The notes under the pieces were generated by a model. It saw only the letters and a program-made list of their open reading frames with translations, did no database searches and had not been told where the DNA came from. A stretch of 29,210 nt of DNA from a bacterium (GTDB lineage: Bacteria; Zhuqueibacterota; Zhuqueibacteria; Oceanimicrobiales; Oceanimicrobiaceae), in contig JBBIIG010000052.1 of the NCBI GenBank assembly GCA_037446635.1, positions 1 to 29,210 of the forward strand, given 5' to 3'. Position 1 is the stretch's first letter, and every line of letters begins with the position of its first letter. The position numbers were made by a program, and so were the translations under genes. This document shows, in pieces, positions 9,001 to 18,658 of this stretch.

Positions 9001-10324
9001 CGTGAATTTGAATAACATCACCACTACGTTCGATGTAGATTTAAACACCTTTTTAGATAATGAAAATTACGGTGTCCGCGTGACCAATGCCCCCGATGGT
9101 GAAATCAAAGACAACATCATTTCGGGGAGCACGACCGGAGTAGAAATCCAAGAGAATGCCGGCGCTACTAAAATCAAGCGCAACGAATTCTGCGACAATT
9201 CTTCCTTCGCCGTTAGAAATGTAAGTAGCGTGGTAGTTGACGCCACTAATAACTGGTGGGGTGCTCCTAGTGGGCCTGGCGGCGCTGGCCCCGGTATTGG
9301 TGATGCGGTAAGCGAAGACGTGGATTTTTCGCAGTTTAAGACCAGTCCCCTCTTTCCTGAATCGCCTTGCATCGAAGGATGTATCGGTGATGGCGATGTT
9401 GAAGACGACGATGAGATCACCCCACAAGATGCGCTCAATGCTTTCAATATTTCGTTAGGAGAAAATACTACCATTGGAGAGGGGTCGAGCTGCGAAATGA
9501 TTGCATCTGATGTAAACTGTGACGGAGAGGTAACGCCTCAGGATGCTTTGGATATTTTCTTACGTTCTCTTGGCGACTTGCCACAACCTGAGGAATGCTT
9601 TGCGCAGGATAGCTCACCGCTTAACAAACAGAGTTCAGCTTATTTGTATTCTCTTTCATTAATTCAGATAACAGCAGAGAATGAGCAGATCAAGATTGCA
9701 GTGGTTGTTGACAATGCAGTGGGGCTTGATGCATTTGGTTTGACTTTTCAGTACCCCGTGGATAAGTTTGAATTTGTGAACATTGAGCGCGCCGCATTAA
9801 CAACTGCTTGGGCTCAACTGAATGCTCGTATTTATGAGGGCGGTAAACTCATTGTTGGCGCGTTTGATATGAAACCTTTAGCCGGTACCTTACCCAGCGA
9901 GTTATTCCATCTCGTCTTTAAGCTAAAGAAAGAAGATGTCCGGCTTAATGAGATCCAAATTGTCAAATTGGTAGCAGATTTAAAAGGAGCTTTAGTTAAT
10001 ATCCCAGTATCCGATCCCATTAATTTGATACCGACGGCCTTTAGCCTGCACCAGAACTTTCCCAATCCATTCAATCCCGAAACCCACATTCGCTTTGACA
10101 TTCCCAAAGTGAGCAACGACGGTGTATTGGTGAGTCTTAAAATTTACAACATTACCGGTCAGCTCGTACGCACCTTGTTGAATGAGAAACGCGAAGCAGG
10201 TGTCCATACGGTTACTTGGGATGGCAAAAATGATTTGGGACAACCGGCTGCAAGCGGAACATATTTTTATACCCTTATAGCTGGTGAATTTAAGAGTAGT
10301 CAAAAAATGATCATGGTAAAATAG
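6023..10324 (+). CDS. Large secreted protein: right-handed parallel beta-helix repeats, dockerin-like domain, cohesin-like domain, FlgD-Ig/T9SS-like C-terminal domain
   Basis: GGAGG RBS; signal peptide; AFDTIQEGIN..VHVAPGRY and SIQRAINAA..GDTLNIAPG beta-helix caps; DATNNWWG; duplicated GDVEDDDEITPQDAL / DVNCDGEVTPQDAL; cohesin-like AFGLTFQYP..LFHLVFK; QNFPNPFNPET..WDGKNDLG C-terminus. Confidence 0.9.
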   Translation: MSHKRYQFLTILLALVIFAASGNTQPPEHNFVPPVAIGPQNLSFGDDGVHEFLTQEGTLKGDIGGIVAGQEYWVYIWGIDASGVSGLPGRRVRFHLQDSENGSSFKHLGISLSLQNSQAGGADLLECYQGIGSTVDGTSTHALGIGSTSQKFDLRFRFTKDEASDPWYVEPFFRLNEGEWTLFSVGPFTTSENNAFDFLGAKLVVIFDNGANSNAEVSFDNFFVVGPIQDFSEIFVDDDWADFEPGDVVQFPGRFNVQIIGQNAFDTIQEGINKIQVPEQAPISAISSANQLNLVDNGPSLATVHVAPGRYFENLQIYYPMIIEGGGSGEDEETNTIIDGDGSDVISIDGLASGFSEIDRLVLRNLRVTNGGSSGSGIFMTFLEQTQIANYKTSRTNSLNGISTADADFAHMTFENIAAVNNLNGIAFESGSVADIEVINCDLSNNENSGFRIASNVDSFDGLNMEGCTVNDNGINGLTTGPSGSQNVTNIHLSNCAFSGNGDALSQSGMGSGDISLFQFNGDAVLTNVSIHGDGAHIGLQIRGDDEGGLFRAGAVDLDSVIISGMYQHPSTWVGSGIYISGYSDVSTISFNDVEIDITPVPGSTPAINLNLENIFGNLDIGNTKLGGNASVDILNNSAAAVDAIDAEFIEADNNFEIEDRIVHAIDLEVIPGNVIQHKPKGSLLPQINLNIESAFGLVTWVVDNVFMTPNSFAEPLTFAPSIQRAINAASPGDTLNIAPGNTYSDAPNIYIYKDLVIIGSGPEQTVINSGGSTGTLELDPYWFEVFDTASVHIRDIAFDGGENWTYYAFQMDGTGSFTNVHFNNIVYDEYEGTAIRASGSGPVHVTNCTFTNIGRAGVWYSGSSVNGSLYKRSTYTGKGNGEEEEEYIDFAVVVDGGAHVTIDSSAVSNNYGNILGEEFSAGYLVRDGGTNVTIKNSEIGYSYHGIRLESGEGSPFVIITNNDIDGCEIGVEVESALYVRVQQNDITNNHTGVNLNNITTTFDVDLNTFLDNENYGVRVTNAPDGEIKDNIISGSTTGVEIQENAGATKIKRNEFCDNSSFAVRNVSSVVVDATNNWWGAPSGPGGAGPGIGDAVSEDVDFSQFKTSPLFPESPCIEGCIGDGDVEDDDEITPQDALNAFNISLGENTTIGEGSSCEMIASDVNCDGEVTPQDALDIFLRSLGDLPQPEECFAQDSSPLNKQSSAYLYSLSLIQITAENEQIKIAVVVDNAVGLDAFGLTFQYPVDKFEFVNIERAALTTAWAQLNARIYEGGKLIVGAFDMKPLAGTLPSELFHLVFKLKKEDVRLNEIQIVKLVADLKGALVNIPVSDPINLIPTAFSLHQNFPNPFNPETHIRFDIPKVSNDGVLVSLKIYNITGQLVRTLLNEKREAGVHTVTWDGKNDLGQPAASGTYFYTLIAGEFKSSQKMIMVK

Positions 10325-10380
10325 TAGCAATTTAATTTGTCAAAGGTTAAGAATATCTACTCAAATAAGGAGAGGTACTT

Positions 10381-11445
10381 ATGCAAAGAGATTATATTTT
10401 ATTGCCGATACTCATGGCTTGTCTGTTTTTCAGCTTTTCATCGGCTCTAATTGCTCAACCTTCTCAATTTGACCTGAGTCCGCCGCTAAGTGTTGATGCC
10501 GGTTCGACACCAGGAGCTGTCGTGCCCATTCCAATTACTCTTACCAATACCCTTGGCGTTCAAGTCGATGCATTTAAATTTAAATTCTTATATCCAGCTG
10601 AACTGCTCACCTTTCAGGGACTTGAAACCACCGGAACACTCACTAATGGTTGGACAACAGTCAAGGACTCATTAATAGCAGACGGGAATGTTAACATTAA
10701 TGGTTTTGATTCTGAGGGAGGTACAACTTCATCGGGTGTTTTGGTTATAGTAAAATTTCTAACAACCAGTACATCAGGATCGGACTCGCTCAAACTCACT
10801 AATTTTGTAAATGATATTGCTAGCGCCACATCCACACCCGGTATGCTCAATAGTTCCGTACCCGTAGAACTCGTATCCTTCTCCGCCAACGTCGTCGAAA
10901 ACACCGTGCGCCTGAGCTGGGCCACCGCCAGCGAAACCAACAATTTTGGTTTTGACGTCGAAAAAAGCGGAGACGGCCTGCTGTTCGCAAAGATCGGATT
11001 TGTGCCGGGTAACGGCACCACAACCGTTCCGCAGTCCTACTCGTTCGCGGAAAGCAATGTCAGCCCGGGTAAATACTTTTATCGTTTAAAACAAATCGAC
11101 ACCGACGGCGCGTTCGAGCACTCCAACGTCATCGAAGCCACGGTGCTGCCGCCGTCGCGGTTTAGTTTGTTTCAGAATTATCCCAATCCTTTCAATCCTG
11201 AGACGCGCATTCGGTTTGACATCCCCAATCTGCTGGGCGAGAAAGTGCGGGTGCAGCTCGCCATTTACAATCTCTTCGGGCAATTGGTGCGGACGTTGGT
11301 GAACGAAGAGCGCGGCCCGGGTGTGCACGAAATCAACTGGGACGGCCGCAGCGACGAGGGGATGGTGGCGCCGTCAGGCGTATATTTTTACACGGTGCGC
11401 GCCGGCGAGTTTAGAGAGACAAAGAAGATGCTGTTTGTCAGATAG
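10381..11445 (+). CDS. Secreted cohesin-domain protein with PVEL/FN3-like module and FlgD-Ig/T9SS-like C-terminal domain
   Basis: AGGAG RBS; signal peptide; cohesin-like PGAVVPIPITL..AFKFKFLYP..GVLVIVKF; PVELVSFSA..LSWATASETNNFGF..YYRLKQID-type module; QNYPNPFNPET. Confidence 0.9.
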   Translation: MQRDYILLPILMACLFFSFSSALIAQPSQFDLSPPLSVDAGSTPGAVVPIPITLTNTLGVQVDAFKFKFLYPAELLTFQGLETTGTLTNGWTTVKDSLIADGNVNINGFDSEGGTTSSGVLVIVKFLTTSTSGSDSLKLTNFVNDIASATSTPGMLNSSVPVELVSFSANVVENTVRLSWATASETNNFGFDVEKSGDGLLFAKIGFVPGNGTTTVPQSYSFAESNVSPGKYFYRLKQIDTDGAFEHSNVIEATVLPPSRFSLFQNYPNPFNPETRIRFDIPNLLGEKVRVQLAIYNLFGQLVRTLVNEERGPGVHEINWDGRSDEGMVAPSGVYFYTVRAGEFRETKKMLFVR

Positions 11446-11509
11446 TATCAAATGACTACAGGAGGAATGAAGTTTTAGGTTTCTCAAGCATAAAGAAGAA
11501 AATGGGATA

Positions 11510-11550
11510 AAAAGCCCGGGAGGAATCATGGGAGTTCCTCCCGGGCTTTT
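11510..11550. terminator. Bidirectional intrinsic terminator
   Basis: Perfect 16-bp inverted repeat AAAAGCCCGGGAGGAA / TTCCTCCCGGGCTTTT, 65 nt after the stop at 11445. Confidence 0.85.
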
Positions 11551-11711
11551 CCTTCGGTTCAGCCCCCTACGCCGTACAAAAAACGGAGGACCGCCTCCTA
11601 ACAACAACAGGACAAACATGCGGGTTTGCGCCAGCGATTTCTGAGTAGCCCAGCAGTACATCGATCTCTTCCCCAATAAATTCAAAAAACTCTCAAAGAA
11701 CAAAAATAAAC

Positions 11712-11739
11712 TTGATTGTGATGACCAATTCACTATATT
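11712..11739 (+). promoter_or_regulatory. Putative sigma70-type promoter
   Basis: TTGATT-N16-TATATT preceded by an A-rich tract, about 100 nt upstream of 11841. Confidence 0.35.
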
Positions 11740-11840
11740 TAATTCGTCCGCTGCTGAGAGTAACCTGCCGTTAATATAACTATTTGATACAAACTTACGA
11801 TAGTGGGAACTCATAAACTTTCATGAAGATAGTTGAGGGC

Positions 11841-12578
11841 ATGTACAAAAAATTTTTGCTCTTAGTTTTATTGGCACTATCATGCTCAAAAAACCCGGTA
11901 GCGGATTCGGACTTGAATCGAATCGTGGTGTTAGCGGTTTTGAGTCCGAACTTCGACCGCCAGACGATTATTTTATATGAAGGCATCAACGAGATCTATA
12001 CCGACGGCCTTCCCATTGGCGGTCTCGACAACCCGCTGCGGCGCGCCCGGGTCGTGGTAAGAGGCGAGGGTCAGGAGGTGATGTTCACAGAAATAGCACC
12101 GGGAGAATATCAGGACGTTGTCCAATCGCTCCATGTGGAACCGGGCAAAACCTACTTTTTGGAGGTGACCGCACCCAAAGGCCAGGTGGTAGAAGCGCGC
12201 ACCACGGTGCCCAACCCTATTTATTTTCTGCAGCCCGAAGATAGTTTAGAAGTCGCAGACAGCACGTTTGTGGAATTCATCTGGACCGAGAGCGCTGGGG
12301 GCGCCGCTTACACGTTCAATTGGCGCCTTCCATGCGAATACCCAAATTATTCCCGAGTTGGCTACCCGGTGTATTCAAATAGGATTGTGCTGTTGCTGCG
12401 CCATTGGCCGTTTTGTGAAGAAGAGCAACTAGTTTATACCTTTTGGGTGTATGCTCTGGATTCTGCTTTTGCGAGTTATATCGACGCCATTCCAAACCGC
12501 GGCACTAACATCGAAAACGGCGTCGGCGTGTTTGGCTCAATGGTTTCCGATTCCCTGCACCTCTTCGTCCTCCCTTGA
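11841..12578 (+). CDS. DUF4249-like lipoprotein
   Basis: ATG at 11841 after GAGG; lipobox LALS-C; motifs GKTYFLEV..VEARTTVP and TNIENGVGVFGS. Confidence 0.75.
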   Translation: MYKKFLLLVLLALSCSKNPVADSDLNRIVVLAVLSPNFDRQTIILYEGINEIYTDGLPIGGLDNPLRRARVVVRGEGQEVMFTEIAPGEYQDVVQSLHVEPGKTYFLEVTAPKGQVVEARTTVPNPIYFLQPEDSLEVADSTFVEFIWTESAGGAAYTFNWRLPCEYPNYSRVGYPVYSNRIVLLLRHWPFCEEEQLVYTFWVYALDSAFASYIDAIPNRGTNIENGVGVFGSMVSDSLHLFVLP

Positions 12579-12603
12579 TTTCCCGAAGAAGCCGGTTATT
12601 TTC

Positions 12604-13344
12604 ATGAATCCTCAAAAATTTGCCAGCCTGCTCCCCGATATTCCGCGCTGGGTGGAAACCCGCGGCCTGCTGCTCAGCGGCCGCGGCGAGGTGATGGCCA
12701 CCGCCCACCAAACCGCGCGTGATTTCGTCGTGCGCGGATTCAACAACCGGCTGATCTCGGTGGTCGGCCAGCCGCCGCCAAAAAGTCTGCTGGAGGCAAT
12801 TACTAAATCCGGAGCGGACGCGGAGGTGCTGGCGATGCCGGAAAGCGACGATCATGTGGCAGCGATCTTGTCAACCAAGCCGATCCGTTCTCGCAGAAAC
12901 GGCTGGCAGCGCTTTCCGGCAATCCTGCATCAGCTCGCGCCGCCCGTCGAATTTCGGACGCGGGAGCAAGCTGCCGTTCGGTTTATTCAAGCCCAAGAAT
13001 TGCATTCTCTGAAAAAAGATTTTCCGGACCTGGTGGATGAGCTTTTGGATGCGCTGAATTTCACCGCCGTCGCCGCAGTTTTTGTTGATGACCAGCCGGT
13101 GTCGTTCTGTTTTGCCGGCGGCGAAACCGAGACGCTGTGGGACATTTCCATCGAGACGCTGCCAGCGTATCAGCGCCGCGGTTACGCCCGGCAGGCCGTG
13201 ATATTTTTAAGCGATTTTATGCAGCAACGAAACAAACGGCCAGTTTGGGGCGCCGAGGAATCCCATGTGGCCTCGCTAAAATTAGCGGCCAAATTAGGAT
13301 TTCAACCGGTCGATCGCGTGATCGTGTTTAGGGGGTCGGAATAA
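12604..13344 (+). CDS. GNAT-family N-acetyltransferase
   Basis: Acetyl-CoA motif ETLPAYQRRGYA and ASLKLAAKLGF; ATG at 12604 avoids overlap with the upstream gene. Confidence 0.8.
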   Translation: MNPQKFASLLPDIPRWVETRGLLLSGRGEVMATAHQTARDFVVRGFNNRLISVVGQPPPKSLLEAITKSGADAEVLAMPESDDHVAAILSTKPIRSRRNGWQRFPAILHQLAPPVEFRTREQAAVRFIQAQELHSLKKDFPDLVDELLDALNFTAVAAVFVDDQPVSFCFAGGETETLWDISIETLPAYQRRGYARQAVIFLSDFMQQRNKRPVWGAEESHVASLKLAAKLGFQPVDRVIVFRGSE

Positions 13345-13394
13345 CCGCCGCCCCTTTTGCGTATTTATGGAAAACCAAAGGAGACGCCGCTCTT

Positions 13395-14477
13395 ATGAAA
13401 TTTCTTAAAACCAGCGCTGCTTTCATTTTACTTTATTTTTTTCTCTCCGCCTGTAAAGATGATAAAAATCCCTCTCCGCCGGGCATCGAGCTGTTGAGCC
13501 GCTTGGACTTCCCGGAAACCATGACCGACGTCTGGGGATACGTCGATCCGAACACCAACAAAGAGTATGCGCTCATCGGCTTCGGGCTGTTTAACGATCC
13601 TCCCAACAGCGGCGTGTACATCGTCGATGTCAGCGACCCGCGCCATCCTCTGCAAGCGGCGCGGGTGAACAACGCCCCCGGCTTTGACATGAAAGTCTGG
13701 CGTAATTTCATGTACACCGTGAACGGCCGCGGCGGAACCGGCGGTATTCTTGACATCAGCGATCCCAGCAAGCCGCAGTTGGTGGGATCGTTTCCCTCTT
13801 CCCACAACATTTTTATTTCGGATGACGGATTTATGTTCAGCGAATGCCCGGGTTTAATTATCTACGATTTGAATCCGGATCCCACCAACCCGACGCCGGT
13901 TTGGAGCGATGATGACAACAACGCCGACTGCCACGATTCCGCCATCATCGGGGACCGGCTGTACGATTTTCACGGCAGCGGCGGCACCAACATTTACGAT
14001 GCCACCAACCGCGCCGCGCCGCAGTTGTTGGGAACCATCAACCCGCCGTTTATTCGCTTTCATCATAGCGGCTGGCCCACCGAGGATGGCCGTTATCTCT
14101 TTATATGTGACGAAGGCGCGGCTCATCCCGACGCCGATCTCACGGTTTGGGATATCGGCGATCCCGCCAATCCCCAGCTCGTGGATTCGTTTGCGGACTC
14201 CACCGCCACCATCCACAACATTTACATCGTCGGCGACTTTGCGTACGCCGCCTACTACAACGCCGGCTTTCGCGTATTCGATGTCTCCAATCCCCGCGAT
14301 ATAAAAGTGGTGGATGAATACGATACCAATTCCGAAAGCGGCGAGGGTTTTAACGGCGCGTTTGGCGCGTACGCGTTTGCGCCCTCCGGCAACATTTACG
14401 TCAGCGATATGCAAAACGGGCTGCACGTTTTTTCGTTCCGGCCGCAATTGTCTAACCGCGGCGTGCTGGCCCCATAA
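13395..14477 (+). CDS. LVIVD-repeat / choice-of-anchor B-like beta-propeller lipoprotein
   Basis: AAGGAG RBS; lipobox LSA-C; DVWGY..KEYAL, repeated IVDVSDP / ILDISDP / VFDVSNP, HHSGW.TEDGRYLFICDE, IHNIYI, SDMQNGL. Confidence 0.85.
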   Translation: MKFLKTSAAFILLYFFLSACKDDKNPSPPGIELLSRLDFPETMTDVWGYVDPNTNKEYALIGFGLFNDPPNSGVYIVDVSDPRHPLQAARVNNAPGFDMKVWRNFMYTVNGRGGTGGILDISDPSKPQLVGSFPSSHNIFISDDGFMFSECPGLIIYDLNPDPTNPTPVWSDDDNNADCHDSAIIGDRLYDFHGSGGTNIYDATNRAAPQLLGTINPPFIRFHHSGWPTEDGRYLFICDEGAAHPDADLTVWDIGDPANPQLVDSFADSTATIHNIYIVGDFAYAAYYNAGFRVFDVSNPRDIKVVDEYDTNSESGEGFNGAFGAYAFAPSGNIYVSDMQNGLHVFSFRPQLSNRGVLAP

Positions 14478-14501
14478 AAAACCGGACGGGACGTTTGCGC
14501 C

Positions 14502-14530
14502 TTGAAATAATCCCCCCAATTTGCTATCTT
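14502..14530 (+). promoter_or_regulatory. Putative sigma70-type promoter for metH
   Basis: TTGAAA-N17-TATCTT with an extended -10 TG at 14522-14523. Confidence 0.55.
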
Positions 14531-14567
14531 CACCACCAATAGTTCAATAATGGATCCTCCATAGCTC

Positions 14568-14685
14568 TCGCTCCCACGCTCTGCGTGGGAGCGAAACTGA
14601 GGCCGCTCCGCGTTGATTCAAGCGTGGCCTGTGCCGGTCGTTCCCACAGAGTGTGGGAACGAGAAACGCTCTGCGTGGGAACGAG
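14568..14685. repeat. Cluster of REP-like palindromes (CGYTCCCAC...GTGGGARCG)
   Basis: TCGCTCCCACGC-TCT-GCGTGGGAGCGA (14568-14594), TCGTTCCCACA-GAG-TGTGGGAACGA (14638-14662) and a partial copy at 14666-14685. Confidence 0.8.
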
Positions 14686-14692
14686 AAATTTT

Positions 14693-14729
14693 CCATTGAT
14701 CCATTACTCCAGCACTTCATTACTCCAAT
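14693..14729. repeat. Octamer tandem repeat (CCATTACT-type)
   Basis: CCATTGAT CCATTACT CCAGCACT TCATTACT CCAAT; the first 19 bp are identical to 24113-24131. Confidence 0.6.
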
Positions 14730-14740
14730 ATTGAGAAGAC

Positions 14741-17700
14741 ATGACGAACGACACTTACCAAACTCTCGCTCAAATACTCAGAACGCGAATTATGGTGATC
14801 GACGGCGCGATGGGAACGATGATCCAACGCTACAAATTGACCGAGGACGATTTCCGCGGCGCGCCATTCAAAGATCATCCGCACCCGTTGAAAGGTGACA
14901 ACGATCTGCTGTCGCTGACCCAGCCGGAAATTATCAAAGAAATCCATCGCGAGTATTTGAAGGCCGGCGCCGATATCATCGAGACCAACACCTTCAACGC
15001 CACCGCCATCTCGCAATCCGATTATCATCTCGAAGATAAAATTTATGAGATGAATTTTGCGGCCGCAAAAATTGCAAAAGAAGCCGCGGCGGAATTCACC
15101 GCGAAGAATCCGGATAAACCGCGCTTCGTGGCCGGTGCGTTGGGGCCGACGAACAAAATGCTGTCGCTGTCGCCGGATGTCAACAATCCCAGCTTTCGCG
15201 CCGTTACGTTCGATCAAATGGCGGCGGCCTATCGCGAACAGGCGCGCGGCCTCATCGACGGCGGCGCCGACGTCCTGCTGGTGGAGACCATCTTCGACAC
15301 CCTCAACGCCAAAGCCGCGCTCTTCGCCATTCAGCAGCTTTTTCGTGAAATCGGCCGCACCCTGCCGGTGATGATCTCGGGCACCATCGTCGACGCCAGC
15401 GGCCGCACGTTATCGGGACAAACTCCGGAGGCCTTTTGGGTTTCGGTTTCGCACACCAAAAATCTGCTCAGCGTCGGACTCAACTGCGCCCTCGGCTCGC
15501 AAATGATGCGGCCGTATATCGAAGAAATTTCGCGGGTGGCGAATTGCTTCACGAGTCTCTATCCCAACGCCGGCTTGCCCAACGAATTCGGCGGCTACGA
15601 TGAGACGCCGGAATTCATGGCCGAGCAAATCGCCGATTACGCCCGCAGCGGCTTCGTCAATCTCGTCGGCGGCTGCTGCGGCACCACGCCGGATCACATC
15701 CGCGCCATCGCCGAAGCCGCGGCGCAATTTCCACCGCGGCAGATTCCAGAGATCAAACCCTACTTGCGGTTGAGCGGACTCGAGCCGTTCACGTTGCGAG
15801 CGGACACCAACTTCGTCAACATCGGTGAGCGCACCAACGTTGCGGGCTCTACCAAATTCCGCGATCTCATTCTCGCCGGCGATTTCGAAGCGGCGCTCTC
15901 CGTAGCGCGACAGCAAGTAGAAAACGGCGCGCAGATGATCGATGTCAACATGGACGAAGGCATGCTCGACTCCGAAGCCGCGATGGTGAAGTTTCTGAAT
16001 TTCGCCGGCGTCGAGCCGGAGATCGCGCGCGTGCCGGTGATGATCGATTCCTCCAAATGGTCGGTCATCGAAGCCGGGCTGAAATGCCTGCAGGGCAAAG
16101 GCGTGGTCAACTCGATCAGCTTGAAAGAGGGCGAGGAAATTTTCAAAGAGCACGCCCGCAAAATTTTGGACTACGGCGCGGCGGTGATCGTCATGGCCTT
16201 CGACGAAAAAGGTCAGGCCGACACCTTCGCGCGCAAGATCGAGATCTGCCAACGCGCGTACAAAATTCTCACCGAGGAAGTTGGCTTCCCGCCGCAGGAC
16301 ATCATTTTCGATCCCAACATCCTCACCGTCGCCACCGGCATCGAGGAGCACAACCACTACGCGGTGGATTACATTCGCGCCACGCGGTGGATCAAAGAAA
16401 ATCTGCCGCTGGCGAAAGTGAGCGGCGGCGTCAGCAACATTTCGTTTTCGTTCCGCGGCAATAATCGCGTGCGCGAAGCCATGCACTCGGCGTTTCTCTA
16501 TCACGCCATTCAGGCCGGCATGGACATGGGCATTGTCAACGCCGGGCAAATTGAGGTATATGAAGAAATTCCCAAAGACCTGCTCGAGCTCGTGGAAGAC
16601 GTGCTGCTCAATCGCCGTCCCGACGCCACCGAGCGGCTGGTGGCGTTTGCGGAGAACATCAAGCGCGGCGACAAAGTTGCGGTCGAAGAAGATGCTTGGC
16701 GCAAGACTAGTGTCGAAGAGCGGCTGAAGCACGCGCTGGTGAAAGGCATCGTCGATTTCATCGAAGCGGATACCGAAGAGGCGCGCCAGAAATATCCGAC
16801 TCCGCTGGCGGTCATTGAAGGCCCGCTGATGGACGGCATGAACATCGTCGGCGATCTGTTTGGTTCCGGCAAAATGTTTTTGCCGCAGGTGGTGAAAAGC
16901 GCGCGGGTGATGAAAAAATCCGTGGCGTATCTCGTGCCGTTCATCGAAGCGGAAAAAGCCAAACTGTCAGCGGAGCTGATCCGCTCCGGCGGAAAAGATG
17001 CGCGGCCACGGGCCAAGGTGTTGCTTGCCACCGTCAAAGGGGACGTGCACGACATCGGCAAAAACATCGTCGGCGTGGTGCTGGCGTGCAACAATTTCGA
17101 AGTGATCGATCTCGGGGTGATGGTGCCGTGCGAAAAAATCTTGCAGACCGCAAAAGAGCAGAAGGTGGACATCATCGGCCTGAGCGGACTTATCACGCCG
17201 TCGCTGGATGAGATGGTGCACACCGCCGCGGAGATGGAACGGCTGGGCTTCACGCTGCCGTTGCTCATCGGCGGCGCCACGACGTCGCGGGTGCACACGG
17301 CGGTGAAGATTGCGCCGAATTATCGCGGCCCGACCATCCACGTGCTCGATGCTTCGCGCGGCGTGACGGTGGCAAACAATTTGATCACCGATAATCAGCG
17401 CGAGACGTTTCTCAACGAAGTGCGTGCCGAGTACGAAAAAGTCCGTGACGAACATCAGCGCAAACAGGAGTCGAAAACTCTGCTAACGCTGGCGCAGGCG
17501 CGCGCCAATCGGCTGAAGATTGATTGGCAGAGGTCGGAGATCACGCCTCCGAAAAAGTTGGGTGTCACCGTTCTCAAAAATTATCCCCTCGCGGAGATTC
17601 GCAATTACATCGATTGGACGCCGTTTTTTATCACGTGGGAACTCAAGGGGCGCTACCCGCAAATTTTAGAAGACGAAAAAATCGGCGAAGAAGCGCGCAA

Positions 17701-18448
17701 GCTTTTCCGCGACGCCAACAAACTTTTGGATGACATCATCGCCAAAAAGCTGCTGCGCGCCAACGCCGTGTTCGGACTCTTCCCGGCCAACGCCGTCGGC
17801 GATGACATCGAAGTGTTCTCCGACGATTCCCGCCAAAAAGTGCGGACGATCTTTCACACGCTGCGCCAGCAAACGGAGAAAACCGGCGGCAATCCCAATC
17901 TTGCGCTGGCGGATTTCATCGCGCCGAAAGATTCGGGACGGAATGATTACCTCGGCGCGTTTGCCGTCACCGCTGGCCTCGGCGCGGATGATCTCGTGAA
18001 AAAATTCGAACAGCAGCATGACGATTACAACGCCATCATGGTGAAAGCCCTTGCCGACCGCCTCGCCGAAGCCTTTGCCGAGCTGCTGCACGAGAAAGTC
18101 CGCAAAGAATTCTGGGGCTACGCCGCGGATGAAAATCTCAGCAACGACGATCTCATCAAAGAAAAATATCGCGGCATTCGTCCCGCGCCCGGCTATCCCG
18201 CCTGTCCCGATCACACCGAGAAGCGGCTGCTGTTCGATCTGCTCGCGGTGGAAAAGAACGCCGGCATCACCCTCACCGAAAACTTCGCGATGCTGCCGGC
18301 GGCATCGGTCTCCGGACTTTATTTCGCCCATCCCGAGGCGAAATATTTCACGGTGGGAAAAATCGCAAAAGATCAGGTGGTGGATTACTCTCAGCGCAAA
18401 GGCATGAGTCTGTCTGAGGTGGAGAAGTGGCTGCGGCCGAATACGTGA
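14741..18448 (+). CDS. metH: Cobalamin-dependent methionine synthase
   Basis: [24 protein letters not shown] (Zn/homocysteine domain), NIGERTNV (folate domain), [20 protein letters not shown] (B12 domain), [12 protein letters not shown] (activation domain). Confidence 0.98.
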   Translation: MTNDTYQTLAQILRTRIMVIDGAMGTMIQRYKLTEDDFRGAPFKDHPHPLKGDNDLLSLTQPEIIKEIHREYLKAGADIIETNTFNATAISQSDYHLEDKIYEMNFAAAKIAKEAAAEFTAKNPDKPRFVAGALGPTNKMLSLSPDVNNPSFRAVTFDQMAAAYREQARGLIDGGADVLLVETIFDTLNAKAALFAIQQLFREIGRTLPVMISGTIVDASGRTLSGQTPEAFWVSVSHTKNLLSVGLNCALGSQMMRPYIEEISRVANCFTSLYPNAGLPNEFGGYDETPEFMAEQIADYARSGFVNLVGGCCGTTPDHIRAIAEAAAQFPPRQIPEIKPYLRLSGLEPFTLRADTNFVNIGERTNVAGSTKFRDLILAGDFEAALSVARQQVENGAQMIDVNMDEGMLDSEAAMVKFLNFAGVEPEIARVPVMIDSSKWSVIEAGLKCLQGKGVVNSISLKEGEEIFKEHARKILDYGAAVIVMAFDEKGQADTFARKIEICQRAYKILTEEVGFPPQDIIFDPNILTVATGIEEHNHYAVDYIRATRWIKENLPLAKVSGGVSNISFSFRGNNRVREAMHSAFLYHAIQAGMDMGIVNAGQIEVYEEIPKDLLELVEDVLLNRRPDATERLVAFAENIKRGDKVAVEEDAWRKTSVEERLKHALVKGIVDFIEADTEEARQKYPTPLAVIEGPLMDGMNIVGDLFGSGKMFLPQVVKSARVMKKSVAYLVPFIEAEKAKLSAELIRSGGKDARPRAKVLLATVKGDVHDIGKNIVGVVLACNNFEVIDLGVMVPCEKILQTAKEQKVDIIGLSGLITPSLDEMVHTAAEMERLGFTLPLLIGGATTSRVHTAVKIAPNYRGPTIHVLDASRGVTVANNLITDNQRETFLNEVRAEYEKVRDEHQRKQESKTLLTLAQARANRLKIDWQRSEITPPKKLGVTVLKNYPLAEIRNYIDWTPFFITWELKGRYPQILEDEKIGEEARKLFRDANKLLDDIIAKKLLRANAVFGLFPANAVGDDIEVFSDDSRQKVRTIFHTLRQQTEKTGGNPNLALADFIAPKDSGRNDYLGAFAVTAGLGADDLVKKFEQQHDDYNAIMVKALADRLAEAFAELLHEKVRKEFWGYAADENLSNDDLIKEKYRGIRPAPGYPACPDHTEKRLLFDLLAVEKNAGITLTENFAMLPAASVSGLYFAHPEAKYFTVGKIAKDQVVDYSQRKGMSLSEVEKWLRPNT

Positions 18449-18560
18449 GATGGCGGAGGGCAGACGGCAGACGTGTATGTGAGACGTGAAAAGTGAGGTT
18501 AGGGGGAGGTCAAAGTGAGGAGTGAAAAGTGAAGAGGGATAAGTGAAAAAGTAAAGAGTA
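18445..18560. repeat. Purine-rich degenerate heptamer tandem repeat
   Basis: GTGAGAT GGCGGAG GGCAGAC GGCAGAC .. GTGAGAC GTGAAAA GTGAGGT .. GTGAGGA GTGAAAA GTGAAGA GGGATAA GTGAAAA. Confidence 0.6.
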
Positions 18561-18658
18561 AAAGGCGGCGCAAGAACCAAGAACAGAATCCCCCTTGGAT
18601 GTCCTAATTTGGCGCCGCGAAATGGGTGAAAAGAGGGACGCGAGAGGTGATAAGTGTT

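Noticed and set aside
11374..11814. 146-aa minus-strand ORF
   Set aside because: Runs through the terminator and into the upstream gene; composition not protein-like.
12451..12603. N-terminal extension of the GNAT ORF
   Set aside because: Overlaps the DUF4249-like gene by 128 nt; ATG 12604 is more plausible.
14568..14729. CRISPR-like array
   Set aside because: Units are palindromes or contiguous octamers without regular unique spacers; no cas genes in the window.
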